Assembly: GCA_030697705.1 (NCBI GenBank)
Contig: JAUYPE010000002.1
Span: 4,312 to 68,311, forward strand
Length of the DNA: 64,000 nt
Direction of reading: 5' to 3'
Source: a bacterium
GTDB taxonomy: Bacteria; Patescibacteriota; Minisyncoccia; Sungbacterales; HO2-52-23
How positions within the stretch are numbered: the stretch's first letter is position 1; every line of letters begins with the position of its first letter. Below the pieces are notes generated by a model. The model had not been told where the DNA came from. It was given only the letters and a program-made list of their open reading frames with translations, and made no database searches. Position numbers and translations under genes: made by a program. Below, one piece after another: positions 58,367 through 64,000 of the stretch.

Positions 58367-61000
58367 TCACCGCGGCTTTTCACCTCTTTTATTTATTTTA
58401 CCTGAATTAATTTGTCTGCTTCTAAAAAACCATTTTGCCATCTCAATCAGCACAATATTCAATAAACCGATTAGTACAACGCCGATCAACCAATTGAGAG
58501 GCAGTGCCACCGTATTGAAAATCGTTTGCAGTCCTGGGAGATAAATGGCTACTGCCATAAGGACAAGACCGATCAAAATACCGCCATTAAGATACTTGTT
58601 TGAAAATAGCGGATACGAAAGAATACTTCTGTCCAAGCTTCGCACCGAAAGAGCGACGAGTAATGTATAGGTACCGAAAGCGGCAAAGATAAAGGTACGA
58701 ACAATGGATTCATCATAGCCGAGTCGCATCAGAACGTAATAAATAACGAAGAGCAGGATGCTGGTCGAAAGACCAATGGCAAGAATCAGGAATTTCATGA
58801 CTGGATCGAAAAGTTTTATTTTACCTCTCTTCAACGGCTTGTGCTTAAGACCGTCCGGCTCTGTTTCAAACGCGTACGAAACAGCCGGAAAACTGTCGGT
58901 AAAGAAATTGACCCAAAGGATCTGGAGCGGATTTAAAGGCAAAGGCAAGCCAGTGAGAAGTGATCCGCCGATCAGAATGAGACCATCGGTCACGTTAGAA
59001 AGGAGGTACACGAGCACCTTACGAATGTTGCCAAGAATCTGCCGGCCTTCCTCAATGGCCGCAACAATGGTCTCGAAGTTGTCATCGAGAAGTACCAGAT
59101 CTGCAACGCTCTGTGCCACTTCCGTACCTGAACCCATAGCAATGCCCACATCGGCTTGTTTGATGCTAGGGGCGTCGTTCACACCATCACCAGTCATGGC
59201 CACCACTTCTCCCATTTCCTGATAGAGTTTGGCGATGCGAAGTTTGTCGAATGGCGTGACACGGGAAATAACAGCAAGATGCGGTAGACGAGCTTTCAAC
59301 TCTTCCTCTGAAAGTTTCGAGAGTTCGAAAGCATCCAGCACCGACTGTTCATCAACTTTCATACCAACCTCTTTGGCCACGGCTATAGCCGTTCCCCGAT
59401 GATCGCCGGTGAGAATGACTGTCTTGACGCCAGCGTCTTGTACACGACCTATGGCATATTTGATGCCGGGACGAATAGGATCACGGAATGTAATAAGGCC
59501 GCTCCACGACAAGCCGGAAAGGGATAAGTTTTTTGAAATAGAAAAGTTTTCCGTGTGAGTAATCTCTTTAGTGGCAACACCAAGCACTCGTTCTCCAGAG
59601 AGTGCAAGTGAGTCAATCTGCTCGAGCAATGCCCCCTTTTCTTTTGTGCCAAGCGAGGAATGACTTAGTAAAATATCAGGCGCACCGAAAAAGACGAGCA
59701 GATGTTTGCCAGATTCATTCACCAAAGATACTGAAAATTTCTGCACCGCATTAAACGGCATGGTTTGGAGAACATGCTCTTTGCCGGTGATTTCGGCAAA
59801 TGTCATTCCTCGAATACCGGCCGACCGAACAAGAGCCGTTTCCATAATTCTGCCGTTCATTCGCCAAGAGTCAGGATGGTCATGCGGATTTTCTATAAGC
59901 ACATTTGCGTTAGTGAGAGCCCGGGCAATTAACCTCTGTTCGCCTATGTCAAAAGGGATGATCTTTGACATCACCATTTTTGCCATCGTCAGCGTTCCGG
60001 TTTTGTCGGTAAGAATGACGGTCGTACTGCCCAGAGCCTCGGCCGCAACAAGTTTTCTCACCACACCCTTCCGCTTTGCCATTCGCTCTACTCCAACAGC
60101 AAGGATGACAGTCATGGATATTGGCAATCCTTCTGGAATGGCGGATACCGCGATAGCGACGGAAGTGAGGAACATATCAAAGGGAGAGTGCCCAGCAAGA
60201 ATACCAATACCGAATACCACAAGCGTCAACACGCCGAGGACAATACTTGAATAGATGCTGAAATTGGTGATGGCTTTCTGAAGCGGAGTTTTCTCGTTCT
60301 CGGAAGTTGCGATAAGCGATGCAATCTTGCCGAGCTCGGTGCTTGCATCGGTGCGGCAAACAATGGCGGCGCATACCCCTTGAGTTACAAGCGTTCCGGC
60401 AAAGATCATGGAGTTTTGATCCGAAAGCCCTGTTGATTCCGGTGACTTATCTGTTGATTTTGAGACCGGCAAAGATTCACCGGTAAGCACCGCTTCGTCG
60501 ACTTGGAAGTCGTTGATAAACATGACTCTCGCATCAGCTGGCACACGATCACCCTGTGCTAGTCGGATGATATCGCCCGGTACAAGTTCTTCCGCATCAA
60601 TCTCCCGTTCTTTACCATCCCGAATGATCCGCGCTCGCTGTTTGAGATAGGTCTTAAGTTCCGAAAGTGCACGCTCGGCTTTATTCTCCTGATAGAAGCC
60701 CAAAGCAGAATTGACAATAACGGCAACGAAAATAAAGATAGCGTCACGGTAATGCGAAATAGCCAGCGTAATGATGCCAGCAACGATAAGAACGAGTATC
60801 AGAGGATTGGTAAGCTGATTGAGAAATATTTTTAGCCCGACCACTTTTCTGGACGTACTGATCGTGTTTTTCCCAAACGCCAAAAGACGATCTTTAACCT
60901 CTTGTGCAGACAAACCTTTTTCTGTGTCCGTTTCAAATAACCGTGCCGTTTCTTCGGATGATAGATGCCAGAAACTTTTGTTTTGTATGTTTAAATCCAT
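58367..61000 (-). CDS. P-type cation-transporting ATPase (type II, Ca2+-like)
   Basis: LTGES, PEGL, DKTGTLT, TGD and GDGVND motifs. Confidence 0.94.
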   Translation of the reverse strand: MDLNIQNKSFWHLSSEETARLFETDTEKGLSAQEVKDRLLAFGKNTISTSRKVVGLKIFLNQLTNPLILVLIVAGIITLAISHYRDAIFIFVAVIVNSALGFYQENKAERALSELKTYLKQRARIIRDGKEREIDAEELVPGDIIRLAQGDRVPADARVMFINDFQVDEAVLTGESLPVSKSTDKSPESTGLSDQNSMIFAGTLVTQGVCAAIVCRTDASTELGKIASLIATSENEKTPLQKAITNFSIYSSIVLGVLTLVVFGIGILAGHSPFDMFLTSVAIAVSAIPEGLPISMTVILAVGVERMAKRKGVVRKLVAAEALGSTTVILTDKTGTLTMAKMVMSKIIPFDIGEQRLIARALTNANVLIENPHDHPDSWRMNGRIMETALVRSAGIRGMTFAEITGKEHVLQTMPFNAVQKFSVSLVNESGKHLLVFFGAPDILLSHSSLGTKEKGALLEQIDSLALSGERVLGVATKEITHTENFSISKNLSLSGLSWSGLITFRDPIRPGIKYAIGRVQDAGVKTVILTGDHRGTAIAVAKEVGMKVDEQSVLDAFELSKLSEEELKARLPHLAVISRVTPFDKLRIAKLYQEMGEVVAMTGDGVNDAPSIKQADVGIAMGSGTEVAQSVADLVLLDDNFETIVAAIEEGRQILGNIRKVLVYLLSNVTDGLILIGGSLLTGLPLPLNPLQILWVNFFTDSFPAVSYAFETEPDGLKHKPLKRGKIKLFDPVMKFLILAIGLSTSILLFVIYYVLMRLGYDESIVRTFIFAAFGTYTLLVALSVRSLDRSILSYPLFSNKYLNGGILIGLVLMAVAIYLPGLQTIFNTVALPLNWLIGVVLIGLLNIVLIEMAKWFFRSRQINSGKINKRGEKPR

Positions 61001-61001
61001 A

Positions 61002-61345
61002 TTATTTGCTGATAAAATTATTCTTCCTGGCCGAGTCGTCAAGCACTGCTCGTATCTCTTCACTTACAAAATTGTTATCCAGAATTCGTTTGAGCGCATT
61101 GAGTTGTCCTGGGAGGATAGATTGGCCGCATAATTCCTGCGCTCTATCTGCCACTTTCCCGATATCATCGAAAGAGATGACCATATTTGCCAAACCCACC
61201 TTCTTCAAAATTTCAGCGCAACCCATCTTGTCGCTTACCAGAACCGGAATGCCTAGACACGCCGCTTCCATAGGGACATTCCCAAATGTTTCAAAAGTCG
61301 AAGGGCATAGAATCAACCCTTGGGCTAGGTAAAACTTCTTCAACC
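61002..61345 (-). pseudogene. C-terminal fragment of a GT4 glycosyltransferase
   Basis: PSTFETFGNVPMEAACLGIPV with no N-terminal domain. Confidence 0.75.
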
Positions 61346-61446
61346 CTTCAGCTAAACCAAAAATGTTCACAATGGTCACGAAGTTGATATAAAAAAATAG
61401 GCGAAAATATTGCACATGCTGGGCTCTCACGTAGGATTTTTAAGCA

Positions 61447-61489
61447 AAAAGAAAGAGTGACCTCTATAAAAGTCGCTCTTTCTTTTTTT
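61447..61489 (-). terminator. Terminator hairpin
   Basis: AAAGAAAGAGTGAC/GTCGCTCTTTCTTT. Confidence 0.6.
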
Positions 61490-61495
61490 AATATC

Positions 61496-62275
61496 CTACA
61501 ATCCTTTTGCCTTTTGTGCGATATTTCGGAATTTCTGGTATGCTCCTTTCAAATCTTCATTTGCTTCCTTGAATGCCTTTCGCCCAATGGCTACCCGCGC
61601 GGCATCAACATCTTCCTCCGCATCTTTGAGATCGGATTCTACCTCGGTTGTGTTTTTGCCTTGAACTTTCAATTCACCAACCTTCGCCCCCACGGCGGCT
61701 GCGCGTTCTTCTGCTTTTACTACGGCATCGTTTGCGCGAGAGGCGTGAATAGCGTCAACAATACTTTTGACCAATTCGCGTTTGGACTTAAAGAGGTCTC
61801 GGATTTCTTTGGCAAGAGTCTTAATAGCGTCTCGCCCGGAAGCCGCTTCAATCTTTGCCTTCTCGGCATTTAAGTTCTGGATGGCAGTATCAACCGCATT
61901 GGCAAGTTGGGTTTTCAACTCATCGGTGATGTTTGGCATTCGTTGGATACGCTCTTTTGTGCGCTCCATCCATTTAATTTGAATGTCAACCAACTTGAGA
62001 AGAATCTCTTTTCTTTTGGTTTCCATTTTCTGTCGAGCTTCTTCTTGTTTCTGTTTGGCGGCTTCACGCCTTGCCTGAGCTGTTGCCCCGCGCTCTTCCG
62101 CAACCTGATTCCTTTCTTCATCATGAGCGTCTTTGAACGCCTGCCGTTCTGCGCGCAGTTGGTTGAGAGCATTTTGGAAATCGCCATCCGTAGTTTGCGC
62201 AACGCCCACCGATGGCGATCCTACGAACACGAAAGCGACAAAGATCGGCAAGAACGATAATAATAGTTTTTTCAT
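61496..62275 (-). CDS. Secreted coiled-coil protein
   Basis: Signal peptide followed by long A/E/K-rich helices. Confidence 0.8.
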   Translation of the reverse strand: MKKLLLSFLPIFVAFVFVGSPSVGVAQTTDGDFQNALNQLRAERQAFKDAHDEERNQVAEERGATAQARREAAKQKQEEARQKMETKRKEILLKLVDIQIKWMERTKERIQRMPNITDELKTQLANAVDTAIQNLNAEKAKIEAASGRDAIKTLAKEIRDLFKSKRELVKSIVDAIHASRANDAVVKAEERAAAVGAKVGELKVQGKNTTEVESDLKDAEEDVDAARVAIGRKAFKEANEDLKGAYQKFRNIAQKAKGL

Positions 62276-62296
62276 GGTTTTAGTGTTTAAAGAAAA

Positions 62297-62674
62297 TTAC
62301 TGCGAAACTTCGCCCAACGCTTGGTCAAGTTCCGAGAGAGCGGCGTCATCGGCCGCAAAAGCATTTAATGTTTGCCCGAAATCTGCTTGAGAGGATTCTT
62401 GGGCGATCGACGATTCGTCCAGTGCCTCAACCGCGCTGATTCCCGAGGTCTCATCCAAAATATCGCTGAAGGTTTGATTTAATTCCTCAAGAGCGACATT
62501 GTCTTTTGAGAACGCATCGAGATCAGCCGATATACTGTCCAGCTCTCCGACATCGCGATCCAAGCCAGGAACATCAAACGCTTTATCTCCTCTAAAAATA
62601 AAGAATGCTCCCACCACCACGACAAGAACGACAGCCACAACGATACCGATAACTGCGTTTTTATTCATATTCAT
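62297..62674 (-). CDS. Membrane-anchored acidic helical protein
   Basis: N-terminal TM; repeated L.AF..D..AL.EL.Q. Confidence 0.75.
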   Translation of the reverse strand: MNMNKNAVIGIVVAVVLVVVVGAFFIFRGDKAFDVPGLDRDVGELDSISADLDAFSKDNVALEELNQTFSDILDETSGISAVEALDESSIAQESSQADFGQTLNAFAADDAALSELDQALGEVSQ

Positions 62675-62803
62675 ATGCGTATATTTAAGTGGTGGATATT
62701 AACTTCACCAAGTGGCCGACCTTTGTTGAATCTTATATCCGACTTGGATTTCAACATTAAGAATATCACGAAACTTAAAGACGAGCAATTTTTTTTGAAA
62801 AAG

Positions 62804-62874
62804 AGCGGGTGAAGGGAATCGAACCCTCGCATCCAGCTTGGGAAGCTGGTGTACTGCCACTGTACGACACCCGC
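62804..62874 (-). tRNA. tRNA-Gly(CCC)
   Basis: GCGGGTG...TTCCCAA...GGTTCGATTCC...CACCCGCT. Confidence 0.95.
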
Positions 62875-62920
62875 AATGCCATTATCCTAAAACCGAACAT
62901 GCGCTTTGTCTATAGTAAAC

Positions 62921-64000
62921 TTATACGGATTCTTTCTTCCGAAACTTCGGGGTAACCCAGAAGCCGAGGCGGGCACAGCCGCCGATGAGCAGGCGCGTTT
63001 GCGCCTCCAGCGCGGGGATCGCACCGAAGATGATAAGCGTAACGGGAAGCATGAGCCACTGTACAAAATATAGGACATAATGCCGCCGACGAAACCACAC
63101 GGGCTTGGGCGGCAAGAGCAGGATGCTCAAAATCGCCGAGGAGGTGATGCCGAGTATCGCCAAACTTGTGATAATGCGCGTGATGCGCGGAAGATTATAA
63201 GACAGCACCGAGCTCTGAAACGTCGAACCGCCGAGCGCGACGGGAAGCCAGCCAAGGAGGAATATCATGACCGCATTCGTCGCCCACGAGTGAAAACCTT
63301 CTATAATGTGGAAGCTCCAATAGAATTTTTTCCGCAGGGAAATTTTTTTATTGCGCATAAATCCGCACAAAAAATATGGAATATTCTCGCATCCCCACGC
63401 CCAGCGCCGCTGTTGTTTGTAAAGATTTTTCATCGTTGTCCAAAACTTCGGGGCGACATTGGCATCCATGGAGACAGGATACAGGATTGGCACGACGCGC
63501 CAATCGCCGCCGTAATGAAGGTAGCACTGCCAGAAAATTTGCGAGTCCTCCGAAACGATGGCGCGATTCCAGAAGCCGACTTCCGTGAGCGCTTTAAACG
63601 GCATGGCATGGGAAGAAAAAGTCGTCAGCCGTTCCGGGCGCGACTGTTGGATCATATGCCAAAAACTTGAGGAGAATGCGATAACGCGTGCGAGTAAAGG
63701 TGCGGTGAAAATATTGTTCGTAAAAAGCGGTATGGGCTGATAACTTGTGCGCTGGGGATTTTCCACCGTCAAAAATTGATAGGTAAGAATACCGAAGTAT
63801 TCGGGTAAAACCTGCGTATCCGCATCAAAAACGGAAACAAGTACCCGTTCATAAGGAATACGCATACCGTCAATAAGTACGCGTTGCGCCTCGCGCCCCG
63901 CCCATGCTTCATTGGAACCCTTGCCGGGAATCTCACTGGCAATCCCCGCCGGATGGACGGTCACAAGGAAGGCGCCGAACATCCCCTCAAACTCATGTCG
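62921..64000 (-). CDS. GT2-like membrane glycosyltransferase; 5' part lies outside the window
   Basis: GK.SN, DAD, SED and QQRRWAWG motifs followed by TM helices; frame open to the window edge. Confidence 0.85.
   Translation of the reverse strand, partial: RHEFEGMFGAFLVTVHPAGIASEIPGKGSNEAWAGREAQRVLIDGMRIPYERVLVSVFDADTQVLPEYFGILTYQFLTVENPQRTSYQPIPLFTNNIFTAPLLARVIAFSSSFWHMIQQSRPERLTTFSSHAMPFKALTEVGFWNRAIVSEDSQIFWQCYLHYGGDWRVVPILYPVSMDANVAPKFWTTMKNLYKQQRRWAWGCENIPYFLCGFMRNKKISLRKKFYWSFHIIEGFHSWATNAVMIFLLGWLPVALGGSTFQSSVLSYNLPRITRIITSLAILGITSSAILSILLLPPKPVWFRRRHYVLYFVQWLMLPVTLIIFGAIPALEAQTRLLIGGCARLGFWVTPKFRKKESV

Overview
This is bacterial chromosomal DNA with most genes on the minus strand. 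Its gene content and style fit a CPR/Patescibacteria (Parcubacteria-like) genome; this is inferred, not proven. From left to right: (1) 1-21 kb is a surface-glycosylation and envelope locus with a Nudix hydrolase, six GT4 genes, an RfbE-like epimerase, five secreted or PG-binding proteins, a 1206-aa S-layer-like protein with a long structured upstream region, and galU. (2) 21-41 kb holds stress, repair and Fe-S genes (nth, clpB, htrA, nfuA-like, sod, fdx, iscU, iscS, ahpC, alkA) interspersed with toxin-antitoxin pairs, nested IS remnants and orphan genes. (3) 41-54 kb has a tandem pair of His-rich membrane genes, tRNA-Gln, ftsX-ftsE-prfB (+1 frameshift), tRNA-Thr and a membrane-anchored Clp ATPase. 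(4) 54-63 kb is an AT-richer block with gene remnants that ends at tRNA-Gly. The most notable observations are: a 144-aa mini-intein inserted immediately before an Fe-S-ligating Cys of IscU; a family of modular GTCAT...ATGAC palindromic repeats, one split around a cargo gene; two four-helix-bundle genes bracketed by inverted heptamer repeats; a multibranch RNA structure upstream of the S-layer-like gene; and a coiled-coil protein ending in a RelE-like domain. All calls come from reading motifs by eye; no database searches were run.
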